64,000 nt of DNA from Candidatus Niyogibacteria bacterium (GTDB lineage: Bacteria; Patescibacteriota; Minisyncoccia; JACROR01). The stretch is taken from contig JACROR010000009.1 in NCBI GenBank assembly GCA_016214345.1, positions 241 to 64,240 on the forward strand, given 5' to 3'. The position numbers were made by a program, and so were the translations under genes. Shown one piece after another: positions 37,496-46,472 of this stretch (its first letter is position 1; each line of letters begins with the position of its first letter). The notes beneath the pieces are model-generated. The model was not told the DNA's origin and did no database searches. It worked only from the letters and a program-made list of their open reading frames with translations.

Positions 37496-37546
37496 TATTT
37501 AAAGTAAAAACGGTTCTTTTCATAAACTCCAAGCAAGGAGGATTCC

Positions 37547-37750
37547 ATGCCCAAACGTAGACTGCCCCTCAAAATAGCGATGAAAGCGGTTGCCATGTCC
37601 CACCATTTCCCCTCTCTCGCGCCCGGTCACGGCGGCACGCACGGCGAATGCGTCAACCGCAAATGCGTAACCCACATCGGCAAAGGCGGAGAAGCACACA
37701 CCCAAAACCCGCTCACGTCAGCTGTCGCGTTTCTTACCCCGACCAATTAA
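37547..37750 (+). CDS. Small His/Cys-rich hypothetical protein
   Basis: SD AGGAGG, own promoter and downstream terminator. Confidence 0.6.
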   Translation: MPKRRLPLKIAMKAVAMSHHFPSLAPGHGGTHGECVNRKCVTHIGKGGEAHTQNPLTSAVAFLTPTN

Positions 37751-37805
37751 CCGCACCCTCCAAACCCTCCGGGGCGACCACCTTATCGCTCCGTCTCACC
37801 CACCA

Positions 37806-37839
37806 CCACCGCGGTATTTGCCGCGGTGGAATTTTTTTT
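37806..37839 (+). terminator. Rho-independent terminator
   Basis: CCACCGCGGT-ATTT-GCCGCGGTGG then a T-run. Confidence 0.75.
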
Positions 37840-38016
37840 AAAACCCCGCGAACCTACCTACCGGCAAGTAAACAGATTTGCATTATTTAAAAATTTCTGA
37901 TATAGTATATTTAATAAATTATCAATTAATTAAAAAAATTTTATCCAATTAAAACCCGTGAGTTTGTTTCATGAATAATAATATAGTAATGGAAAAAATA
38001 AACGGAAACACAATTT

Positions 38017-39543
38017 ATGACATCCACCTTACTTGTCGTAGCGGTGGTTTCGATTTTGGCAGGAATTGCGGGAGGCTATCTATTGCGCCAGATTATAGCC
38101 AGGCAAAAACGCGACTCAATAGAATTAGACGTCAAGCAAATTCTTTTAGACGCCAAAACTGAAGCTCGCCAAACATTAGACGAAGCCAAGAAAAAAGCCG
38201 AGTCAGTAACGGAATCCGCCAAGCGCGATGAGCGCGAACGCGAATCTCAGATCAGAAAATTAGAGGAAAGAATCATTCAAAAAGAGGAGCTTGTGGAAAA
38301 GCGCCGTCTTGATGTTGATAAAGAACGAGAATCTCTGCAAGCGAAAGCCAACAAAATAAAACAGATAGAAAAAGAATTGGGAGATCTGGAAGAAAGCAAA
38401 AGATAAGAACTGGAGAAGGTCGCCCAACTCTCGGAAGAAGACGCGAAACACCAACTGCTCCAGAGTGTGGAACAAAAATACGAAGGAGATATTTTGGCGC
38501 GCATCCAAAAACTGGAGATCTTCGGCCAGGATAAATTGGAACAGCAAGCCAAAAATATTCTCGCCGCCGTCATACAGCGGCTGGCTTCTTCCACCGCCAC
38601 GGAAATAACCACTTCATCCGTCACCATCCCTTCTGACGACATCAAAGGGAAAATCATAGGAAAAGAAGGAAGAAATATCCGAGCGCTGGAACGCGCCACG
38701 GGAGTGGAAATCATCGTGGACGAAACTCCCGGAGAAGTGATAATTTCCTGTTTTGATCCCGTACGCAGACAAATCGCAAAGATCGCCCTGGGAAACCTGA
38801 TCGTAGACGGCAGAATACAACCGGCGCGCATTGAAGAAGCGGTGGAAAAATCCAAAGCCGCGGTGGAGAGCATGATCAAAGCGGCCGGAGAAGCCGCGGC
38901 TTACGAAATCGGCATCATGGATCTGGATCCGAGGCTTTTGATGATAATGGGACGGCTTAAATTCCGAACCAGCTATGGGCAAAACGTATTGCAACATTCC
39001 ATAGAAATGGCGCACATCGCGGGCATGCTCGCGTCCGAATTGGGCGCTGACGCGCAAATCGCCAAAAAAGGCGCGCTTTTGCACGACATAGGCAAGGCGG
39101 TATCTCATGAGATACAAGGCACGCACGTGGAAATCGGCCGACGCATTTTACAAAAATTCAACACCGATGAACGCATCATCAAAGCCATGCAATCGCACCA
39201 CGAAGAGTATCCTTTTGAAACGGTAGAGTCCATCATCGTGCTCGTGGCAGACGCGATATCCGCGGCCCGCCCGGGAGCGCGCAGAGACACGGTTGAAAAT
39301 TATTTAAAACGCTTGGAAGATTTGGAGCGCATAGCCACTTCTTTTGAAGGGGTGGAAAAAGCTTACGCCATACAAGCCGGAAGAGAAATCAGAATATTCG
39401 TAACACCGGAAAAAATTTCCGATCTGCAAATGAAAAATTTGGCGCGCGAGATCGCCAATCGCATTGAACAAGAACTGAAATATCCCGGAGAAATTAAGAT
39501 AAACGTTATCCGTGAAACCAGACTCGTGGAATATGCCAGATAA
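38017..39543 (+). pseudogene. rny: Ribonuclease Y with an in-frame TAA at 38404-38406
   Basis: N-terminal TM plus coiled coil, then the same frame continues ELEKVAQLSEEDAK...KGKIIGKEGRNIR (KH), LLHDIGK (HD). Confidence 0.9.
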
Positions 39544-40360
39544 TCCGCCCAAACTCGCGTCTTCCATCCGCGTTCTTTTTTTCGGAGACATCATAGGCAA
39601 AGCGGGAAGGCGCGGACTTGCTTATCAGCTCCCTTTATGGCGGGCTAAATTCGCGCCCGATCTAATCGTCGCCAATGTGGAAAACATAGCGCACGGATTG
39701 GGCATAGGCAGAGCGTCACTGGAAGAAATACAAAAATTGGGCGTTAACATATTCACCGGAGGAAACCATATACTCCAAGGCAAGGACGCCCTCAAATTGC
39801 TCGCGGATGAAACCCTGCCCATCATGCGGCCGTTAAACGCTCCCGCCTCTTGGCCCGGTCGTGGATTTGTAACCAAAAAGATCGGCAATGAAACCAATGT
39901 AACCGTGGTCAATTTGATCGGCCAGCACGGCATGCGCGAACATTTTGATTCTCCCTTTGAGGCCATTGAAACCTTTCTGCAAAAAGATGATGTGAAACAA
40001 AATATCATAATAGTAGACATGCACGCCGAAACCACCTCTGAAAAAAAAGCTATGGGCTATTTTCTAGACGGAAAAACTTCTGTCGTATTGGGAACACATA
40101 CACACGTGCCTACGGCAGACGAACAAATATTGCCGCAGGGCACCGGATTTATCAGCGATGCGGGCATGATCGGAGCCCATAATTCCATAATCGGAGTTAA
40201 AATAAAAGAGGCGCTGGAACGATTAGCCACGAATTTACCCGCAAAATTTGAAGTGGAAGAGGCGGGGCCCGTGGAAATCAATGCCGTACTAGTGGATATT
40301 GATAAAAGTACCAAAAAGACGGTGGGGATAAATCGCTTGAGAAATATTGTTGACGCGTAA
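39533..40360 (+). CDS. ymdB: YmdB/TIGR00282 metallophosphoesterase
   Basis: LFFGDIIG, NVEN.AHG, TGGNH, DMHAETTSEK, GTHTHVPTAD; conserved position after rny. Confidence 0.93.
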   Translation: MPDNPPKLASSIRVLFFGDIIGKAGRRGLAYQLPLWRAKFAPDLIVANVENIAHGLGIGRASLEEIQKLGVNIFTGGNHILQGKDALKLLADETLPIMRPLNAPASWPGRGFVTKKIGNETNVTVVNLIGQHGMREHFDSPFEAIETFLQKDDVKQNIIIVDMHAETTSEKKAMGYFLDGKTSVVLGTHTHVPTADEQILPQGTGFISDAGMIGAHNSIIGVKIKEALERLATNLPAKFEVEEAGPVEINAVLVDIDKSTKKTVGINRLRNIVDA

Positions 40361-40429
40361 AATATGCGGTAAAATATAAGCATATAAAGGTCTTAACAAA
40401 ATTAAAGAATAATAATAAAAACTTACCTA

Positions 40430-40702
40430 ATGAATAAAGCTAAATTAGTAGAGATGGCGCATGAAAAAATAGGCGGCACTAAAAAATCAGCCGAAGAGCT
40501 GGTAGATATGATTTTTGACTCTATCGCCGGCGAACTTAAGAAGGGAGGAGAAGTATCTTTGTCCGGATTCGGCATATTCGCGGTCAAGACCAGAGCCGCC
40601 AGAGAGGCCCGCAATCCCCGCACCGGCGCAACCGTACATGTTCCATCCATGAAAGTGCCCAAATTCCGCGCAGCCAAAGCCCTGAAAGACCTGGTGAGAT
40701 AG
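40430..40702 (+). CDS. hup: DNA-binding protein HU
   Basis: GFGIF, RAAREARNPRTG, PKFRAAKALKD. Confidence 0.96.
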   Translation: MNKAKLVEMAHEKIGGTKKSAEELVDMIFDSIAGELKKGGEVSLSGFGIFAVKTRAAREARNPRTGATVHVPSMKVPKFRAAKALKDLVR

Positions 40703-40720
40703 TAGACTGTTTTATAATTA

Positions 40721-40755
40721 AAAAATGCGTTTCGTTTTTACGAAGCGCATTTTTT
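40721..40755. terminator. Bidirectional terminator
   Basis: AAAAATGCGTTTCG...CGAAGCGCATTTTT. Confidence 0.75.
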
Positions 40756-40960
40756 AATTCTTTTTACTATTTTTTTTATTTTTTTCTTGTTTTAAATCTT
40801 CATCTTTTTTAAAAAGGGTGTTTGCGTCATTCTCTATCATTTTAACGATATTCTTTATGGTTTCCTCGTAATTTCCGGCAGAACGACCGTTTAAAAACTT
40901 CAAACACTCGTCCCTAAACCGCGACAAAAAATAGCCAGCATTTCTGGTAACCTTATCCAC
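40754..40960 (-). CDS. Small hypothetical protein
   Basis: SD AAGGAGG before GTG. Confidence 0.5.
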   Translation of the reverse strand: MDKVTRNAGYFLSRFRDECLKFLNGRSAGNYEETIKNIVKMIENDANTLFKKDEDLKQEKNKKNSKKN

Positions 40961-41049
40961 GCCGCACCTCCTTGCTCCCCCTTTTACAAAAATTTTTATT
41001 TTTTAAAGTGCCGGCGACAATATTTCGCCAGGATCCCGTTTAAAACTTA

Positions 41050-41120
41050 TGCGGACGGCGAGAATCGAACTCGCGCCCTCTGCTTGGAAGGCAGACGTTC
41101 TGCCATTAAACTACGTCCGC
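41050..41120 (-). tRNA. tRNA-Gly(TCC)
   Basis: GCGGACGTAGTTTAATGGCAGAAC, loop CTTCCAA, AGTTCGATTCT. Confidence 0.95.
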
Positions 41121-41291
41121 CCAATTTAGATCCTTTGCGTAAACGGGATCCCCGCAAAACATTGCGTTCTATATTTTTTTAAGCCCACCCACCGGTGCCA
41201 TCTTTATACATACCAAAATTATAGCAAAAAAATAATGTTTGCGTCAAAAAAAATGAACTCAAATTTTATTTTGTCAGCTTTTAATCTAAAA

Positions 41292-41362
41292 TCGGGGTAC
41301 CCAGATTCGAACTGGGACTACATGCTCCCAAAGCATGCGTGCTGCCATTACACCATACCCCG
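41292..41362 (-). tRNA. tRNA-Pro(TGG)
   Basis: CGGGGTATGGTGTAATGGCAGCAC, loop TTTGGGA, AGTTCGAATCT. Confidence 0.94.
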
Positions 41363-41430
41363 TTGTTGCCGGAAACCGTTTTCAGAAATTGTCGGACCCG
41401 TCGATCCACTTCCGACACCCTAATACTAAA

Positions 41431-41832
41431 CTAGCCGACATCCTCCGTAAACCTCATTTTAGCTTTTTTATTGGCCACATCCACAAATACCGCCAAAATA
41501 TCAATTTGCCACTCTTGATCTTGTTTCACATTTTTATACCCCAAGTACGACTGAATCACACTATTTAATCTTTTCAATTTAAAATAATTAACGTTGTCTT
41601 CCGGATCCACCTCCCGCCCCCTATCGGAAACTCCATTTCCGTTATCTTTGCAAGAAACAGACTTAACTTCTACAAAATGTAAGATGCCGGACTTTTGCGC
41701 CACGATATCAATTTCTCCCCAAGGCCTCCTAAAATTTCTATCTATAACGGCATAGCCATTCTTAATTAAATATTTTGCCGCCATATTCTCGCCCAGCGCG
41801 CCAATAAATTTTTTAGTATTATTCAGCGCCAT
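41431..41832 (-). CDS. yraN: YraN/UPF0102 family predicted endonuclease
   Basis: GALGENMAAKYL, RNF...GEIDIVA, FVEVK. Confidence 0.92.
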   Translation of the reverse strand: MALNNTKKFIGALGENMAAKYLIKNGYAVIDRNFRRPWGEIDIVAQKSGILHFVEVKSVSCKDNGNGVSDRGREVDPEDNVNYFKLKRLNSVIQSYLGYKNVKQDQEWQIDILAVFVDVANKKAKMRFTEDVG

Positions 41833-41840
41833 AAATAATA

Positions 41841-41856
41841 TGTTTCATATGAAACA
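41841..41856. promoter_or_regulatory. parS-like site
   Basis: TGTTTCATATGAAACA versus the consensus TGTTTCACGTGAAACA. Confidence 0.7.
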
Positions 41857-41859
41857 AAC

Positions 41860-42546
41860 TTAGAGTTTATTGCCAAATAAGGCTAAATCTATATCTGACA
41901 ATTCTCCGCCCAAAATATCATTAATAAGAATCTCTAAATCTTTGTAACTCTCCATTATGTCCGACAAACTGCCCCTATCAGTAACAAAATTAAAAGCGTC
42001 CTTTCCTCCCATGGCCGATCGATAACTTGAGTATTTATAATTTTCTAAAAATCGTTTGGCTTCTTTGATGTTGTCTATGCCGCGTTCTTTCCAGTCGGAT
42101 TTATAAAGATTCAGGGCATTGGTAAGAATATAAACCAGAACATGCTGTAAATGCGCGCCCTTGTCGGCTAATTTAACTTTGTATGGCCCCTGGAATAAAG
42201 CACCGACACGCTGGTATTTTTTGTTAAATCCTTTGGTATAAGCCACTGAAATACGCTGCATAAAATCACTAATACTGCCGTCTTTAATGGATCTTACTAA
42301 AATATGAAAATGATTAGGCATCAAAGTAAAGGCCGCAACATCTACTAGTCTGTCTCTGTTATCTGAAGAAAAATTGACTTCTTTTATTCTTTTTTTAAAA
42401 GCGGTGTCCGGCAAAGTTACAAAATTATTACATTCATATAAATGAAACAAAAAACGAGCATAATCCTCATTATCTAAAAATATCCGGCGTTTTTCTACGC
42501 CACGATTATAAACATGATACCACTCATTATTTACCAGATCTCTCAT
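41860..42546 (-). CDS. HUH (Y1) transposase, IS200/RAYT-like
   Basis: YHVYNRGVEKRRIF, LMPNHFHILV (HUH), GALFQGPYK, YI..N, YKYSSY; likely start MRDL at 42546. Confidence 0.9.
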   Translation of the reverse strand: MRDLVNNEWYHVYNRGVEKRRIFLDNEDYARFLFHLYECNNFVTLPDTAFKKRIKEVNFSSDNRDRLVDVAAFTLMPNHFHILVRSIKDGSISDFMQRISVAYTKGFNKKYQRVGALFQGPYKVKLADKGAHLQHVLVYILTNALNLYKSDWKERGIDNIKEAKRFLENYKYSSYRSAMGGKDAFNFVTDRGSLSDIMESYKDLEILINDILGGELSDIDLALFGNKL

Positions 42547-42697
42547 AAATTTAATGATAGCATACAAAAAATCTGTAGAAAACGTCGGAAACTCCATTTC
42601 CGGTTGTACTTTAACGCGCTGTCTTTTATATCATGTCCAATAAACTAATAGTCCAATAGATTTTTTAGAGAAATTAACAAGATATGCACACAATAAA

Positions 42698-42713
42698 TGT
42701 TTCATGTGTAACT
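42698..42713. promoter_or_regulatory. Degenerate parS-like site
   Basis: TGTTTCATGTGTAACT. Confidence 0.5.
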
Positions 42714-42834
42714 ATTTAATTATTAGACTGTATAGCGTCGCATTTCGCGCCACATCTCGCAGCATAGCGAAGATTCCGAATGAATGTAATGTGAAGAGCA
42801 GACAAAAACATAGTCGCTACGCTCTTAGTTTTTA

Positions 42835-42905
42835 TGGACCCGGGGGGAATCGGACCCCCGCCTCAGCAATGCGAATGCTGCGTAATGCCACTTTACTACG
42901 GGCCC
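42835..42905 (-). tRNA. tRNA-Ala(CGC)
   Basis: GGGCCCGTAGTAAAGTGGCATTAC, loop TTCGCAT, G3-U70 pair, T-loop TCCGATT. Confidence 0.9.
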
Positions 42906-42910
42906 CTTTA

Positions 42911-42981
42911 TCGGGGTGCTGGGAATCGAACCCAGACTACAGACTCCCGAAGCCTGCGTACTGCCACTATACTACACCCCG
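42911..42981 (-). tRNA. tRNA-Pro(CGG)
   Basis: CGGGGTGTAGTATAGTGGCAGTAC, loop TTCGGGA, GGTTCGATTCC. Confidence 0.93.
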
Positions 42982-42984
42982 TTA

Positions 42985-43000
42985 AGTTTCACATGAAACA
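42985..43000. promoter_or_regulatory. parS-like site
   Basis: AGTTTCACATGAAACA. Confidence 0.7.
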
Positions 43001-43041
43001 TCCACCTTATCGGAAATGGAGTTTCCGATTAATCTGACAAA

Positions 43042-44544
43042 TTATTTCACATGATACTTCTTTTCTATCTCCTCAATAACCTCCTCTTCCGCCATAGAAC
43101 TTCGTTTCTTAGCTTCCATGCCGGCCTGAGCCAAGTCTTGGTCACTTAATGTCGCCAATCCTTGAGCCTTATTTAATAAATAGGCTTCGGTATTTAATTT
43201 AGGATCATCCAGCACCTCATCCAGTAAGATATTCAGTATAGACCCTATTTTAGGACCTGGCGATAGACGAGCAGCGGACATAACGCGTTCTCCATCTATA
43301 TTTAACATACCAACGGATATCGGATCGCGCGACACTTCCTCTATCATAGCCTGATATTTTCTTAAACGAAAAGGTTGTTCCTTGGGCCTGCCCATACCTA
43401 TTCTGTCACAAAAGCGCACTTTCATTAAGTCATCTATATTTTCCGGACCAACATTCCTAACCACTCTACGCACCGCGGAAAGCGTTATCACCGCGGTATC
43501 AGAAAAAAAGAGGTGATGTCTGACCAATTTTGACACCCTATCTACGAATTTTTGAGGAAATTTTAGACGTGTCAGCGCCTTCTCGGTCATACGCCCGCCA
43601 ACCACGTCATGGCCATAAAACGTTGATTTAGGGCCATCTCCACGCTTGGTGTGGGGCTTAGCGATATCGTGTAGCAACGCCCCCATCCGCACCTCCAAGC
43701 TCCACCCCTTCTCCGCCGCATGAGACAAAGCTCGCAAATTATGATCCCATACCGTAAAAATATGATCTTTATTCTGGGTAACGCCAAAACCCTTCTCTAA
43801 TTCCGGCATAACATATTTTAATACGCCATATTCTCGCATCAATTCAAAACCGCGCGCGGGATCGGACGCCATCATAATTTTTTCCAATTCATCACGAATC
43901 CTCTCCTTAGCAATCATCTCCAAAGATACGGAATTTTCTTGAAGCGCCTCGCGCGTTTTATCTTCCAATTTAAAATTAAGCTCGGTTGCCAAACGTACCG
44001 CGCGCATCATGCGTAAAGCATCCTCCGCAAACCGCTCTTTTGCCTCTCCTACGGCCTTAATTATGCCTTTTTGCAGATCTTCCCTGCCTCCGAAGAAATC
44101 AATGATCTTACCGGATTCCAGATCCAGAGCCAAAGCATTAATAGTGAAATCCCTGCGTTTAAGATCCTCCTCCAGCTTTTCCGCGAATCGCACCGCGTCA
44201 GGATGACGCTGATCGGAATACTTTGATTCCACGCGATAAGGCGTGATCTCAATGGTTTTTAAGGTCGGATCTTCCGTGGCCGAAACCACACTTACCGTTC
44301 CATACTTGTTTTCATAAAAACTTTTTTCGTAAAGCTTAACTATTTCCTCCGGTTTGGCATTGGTCGTGATATCCCAATCCTTCGGTTTTTTACCCATCAA
44401 AATGTCACGCACGCAACCGCCCACAAAATAAGCCTCAAAGCCGACTTTTTTCAAAGCCAAATAAGCCTCTTGAGCCTCTGGAGGAATTTCGTGTTTCTCT
44501 ATTTTTTCACAATCAGCCACTTTAGCGGATTCGTATTTAGCCAT
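43042..44544 (-). CDS. cca: CCA tRNA nucleotidyltransferase with HD domain
   Basis: VGGCVRD, DWD, RRDFTINA, RF.EDALR..RA.R, ERI, LLHDIAKP. Confidence 0.92.
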   Translation of the reverse strand: MAKYESAKVADCEKIEKHEIPPEAQEAYLALKKVGFEAYFVGGCVRDILMGKKPKDWDITTNAKPEEIVKLYEKSFYENKYGTVSVVSATEDPTLKTIEITPYRVESKYSDQRHPDAVRFAEKLEEDLKRRDFTINALALDLESGKIIDFFGGREDLQKGIIKAVGEAKERFAEDALRMMRAVRLATELNFKLEDKTREALQENSVSLEMIAKERIRDELEKIMMASDPARGFELMREYGVLKYVMPELEKGFGVTQNKDHIFTVWDHNLRALSHAAEKGWSLEVRMGALLHDIAKPHTKRGDGPKSTFYGHDVVGGRMTEKALTRLKFPQKFVDRVSKLVRHHLFFSDTAVITLSAVRRVVRNVGPENIDDLMKVRFCDRIGMGRPKEQPFRLRKYQAMIEEVSRDPISVGMLNIDGERVMSAARLSPGPKIGSILNILLDEVLDDPKLNTEAYLLNKAQGLATLSDQDLAQAGMEAKKRSSMAEEEVIEEIEKKYHVK

Positions 44545-44604
44545 ACACTTTGCGCGACCTAAAAAACAAGGAGCGGAGCGACTATGTTTTGGGAAGTACT
44601 CTTG

Positions 44605-44746
44605 TGGTGCGCCCGGCAGGACTCCTCGTGCCTCTTATCGCGCGAGCCGAGGTTTGTCGGCACCTACGGCGCAACGCTAAACCCTTCGAGTCCTGACGCA
44701 AGCAAAACAATTTGCTTGCTCCTGTCTTGCGCGCCCGGCAGGACTC
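44605..44746 (-). repeat. tRNA-Arg 3'-end duplication flanking a structured trailer element
   Basis: GAGTCCTGCCGGGCGC at 44731-44746 and 44609-44624 (the second is followed by ACCA); the intervening sequence is homologous to the tRNA-Leu trailer. Confidence 0.88.
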
Positions 44747-44802
44747 GAACCCACAACCCCTTGGTCCGAAGCCAAGTGCTCTATCCATTGAGCTACGGGC
44801 GC
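44730..44802 (-). tRNA. tRNA-Arg(TCG)
   Basis: GCGCCCGTAGCTCAATGGATAGAGC, CTTGG-CTTCGGA-CCAAG, GGTTCGAGTCC. Confidence 0.93.
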
Positions 44803-45005
44803 TTTTTAACTTAATAAAAGGCACTACCTTTTGTTGCGTCGTCGCTCGCCTGCCTGCCGGTAGGCAGGAACGAAGCGTGATCCGCCGACTGGCGGACATT
44901 CCGCTCCTCGCTAGACGCAATAAACAATGTAAGAGTACCACATTTTAACCTATTAAACAACTGCGTATAATCTGTCGGAAACTCCATTTCCGACAGATTG
45001 TATTT

Positions 45006-45926
45006 TCATCGCCTTTGTTTCCCGTGAAACGCCGCATGGACTTCACGAAGCTGTTTATCGGTTACGTGGGTATAAACCTGCGTAGTGGTGATGTTGGCAT
45101 GGCCAAGCAAAGCCTGCACCGACCGCAGATCGGCTCCATTGGATAACAAATCGGTCGCGAAACAATGACGAAGCACGTGCGGAGTTACTTTTTTGGAAAT
45201 GCCTGCTTTGATCGCGTAATATTCAACCATCCTCTCCACTGAACGGGGAGTCAAACGAGCGGTGTCGCTTAATTTATCTTTCCCACCGCGCCTGAAATTT
45301 ATAAAAAGCGCTTCTCCCAGGTCGCCTCGTTTATCCAAATATTCTTTAACGGACAACTTCGCGCTATCGGACAAGAAAACCACTCTCACCTTCTCTCCTT
45401 TCCCGCGCACCGAAAACTCTCCTTTATTTAAATTAAAAGAGTCGCGATTTAGCGCGCAGAGCTCGGATACGCGAAGTCCGGTAGAAAATAAAAGTTCCAA
45501 AATAGCCTTGTCCCGTAACGATTTTAACGATTTCTCCTTCGGAGCATTGAGCAAACGCTCCAATTCATCCTCATCTATCAGGTCAAGCTCTCTGCCGCCA
45601 ACCTTAGCGAGCTCGATCCTGTCGGCGGACAAAGACGGAATACCGCGCTTGGCCAAATATTTCAAGAAACCGCGCAAACCTATCAAATAATAATTCTGGG
45701 TTTTTTTCTTAATATTTTCTCCGGATGGTATTTCTTGTCTATTTAACCATAAACGATATTGCCTAATAAGTTCGTCGGTAATATCTTGCGGCGATCTGAT
45801 CTTGGCATAATCCAAAAAACGCGCGAGGTAGCGATCATAATTCTCCACGGTGCGGAGACTGCGGCCCTGCTCTATTTCCAAATGCTCCAAGAATTCTTTA
45901 TGTAAAACACGAATATCGCCTGACAT
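45006..45926 (-). CDS. XerC/XerD-family tyrosine recombinase
   Basis: TGLRVSEL, VRGKGEK.R, HVLRHCFAT, LLGH, TTQVYTH. Confidence 0.95.
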   Translation of the reverse strand: MSGDIRVLHKEFLEHLEIEQGRSLRTVENYDRYLARFLDYAKIRSPQDITDELIRQYRLWLNRQEIPSGENIKKKTQNYYLIGLRGFLKYLAKRGIPSLSADRIELAKVGGRELDLIDEDELERLLNAPKEKSLKSLRDKAILELLFSTGLRVSELCALNRDSFNLNKGEFSVRGKGEKVRVVFLSDSAKLSVKEYLDKRGDLGEALFINFRRGGKDKLSDTARLTPRSVERMVEYYAIKAGISKKVTPHVLRHCFATDLLSNGADLRSVQALLGHANITTTQVYTHVTDKQLREVHAAFHGKQRR

Positions 45927-46011
45927 ATTATTATTTTATCACATTTTTAAACACAATGTCGCACAATTTGTCGGAAATGGAGTTTCCGACAATAAAAAAC
46001 AACAAAAAAAT

Positions 46012-46040
46012 AAAGGCCGTCCTTAAATGGAACGGCCTTT
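46012..46040 (-). terminator. Rho-independent terminator
   Basis: AAAGGCCGT...ACGGCCTTT with a T-run on the minus strand. Confidence 0.7.
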
Positions 46041-46049
46041 TAAAATTAC

Positions 46050-46232
46050 TTAGTGATTACGCATACCAGGGTGGAAAAATCGACATCTGCGACCACAACC
46101 GGAATGGTCACATTCTTTGTCTTCCTTGCCCTTACTTTCGGTTCTTCGGGCTGACCAACCGCAACTCGCAACAAAAAAACCAACAACAAAAACAATGCAT
46201 GCAAACAACGCTACTTGGACAATCGTAAGCAT
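46050..46232 (-). CDS. Small TM peptide with a Cys/His-rich tail
   Basis: SD AAGGAGG, N-terminal TM, CDHSGCGRRC. Confidence 0.65.
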   Translation of the reverse strand: MLTIVQVALFACIVFVVGFFVASCGWSARRTESKGKEDKECDHSGCGRRCRFFHPGMRNH

Positions 46233-46250
46233 AAGACTTGCCTCCTTGTA

Positions 46251-46472
46251 TTAAACTTTAGTGCCAACGCTATGGCTATGCAAGCTGTGGCGGCTGCGGC
46301 CGCAAGTGCAATGACAATCGGTTTTGGGATCCGATGCGCCGGTAGCGCAAGAACAGCCCTTTTCCTGGGTTTTGGGCTGGCTGGTTCTGACCATGTAGAG
46401 CCCCACCCCAAAGAGTAAAAAGAGTAAAAGCGCCAACAAGCCCAGCACAATATCTGTAATAGTTAGACTCAT
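46251..46472 (-). CDS. Small TM peptide with a Cys/His-rich tail
   Basis: SD AGGAGG before ATG 46472, TM, CSC...CHCTC..HSLHSH. Confidence 0.65.
   Translation of the reverse strand: MSLTITDIVLGLLALLLFLLFGVGLYMVRTSQPKTQEKGCSCATGASDPKTDCHCTCGRSRHSLHSHSVGTKV

Larger units (their letters stand above)
41624..45992. repeat. REP-like family TCGGAAACTCCATTTCCG(A), five copies
   Basis: 41624-41641, 42585-42602, 43009-43029 (inverted), 44969-44999, 45968-45992 (inverted); variant at ~41390-41417. Confidence 0.9.

Noticed and set aside
38404-38406. Systematic TAA recoding
   Set aside because: TAA is the normal stop for many genes here (rplS, valS, clpP, pnp); only one internal case
41860-42546. IS605-type element with TnpB or another RNA-guided nuclease
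   Set aside because: No tnpB/iscB ORF is adjacent; the flanking multi-copy hairpins fit a RAYT-like arrangement better
45006-45926. Prophage or integron integrase
   Set aside because: It looks like a housekeeping XerC/D-type enzyme; no phage genes, no IntI-specific insertion and no attC cassette array are evident
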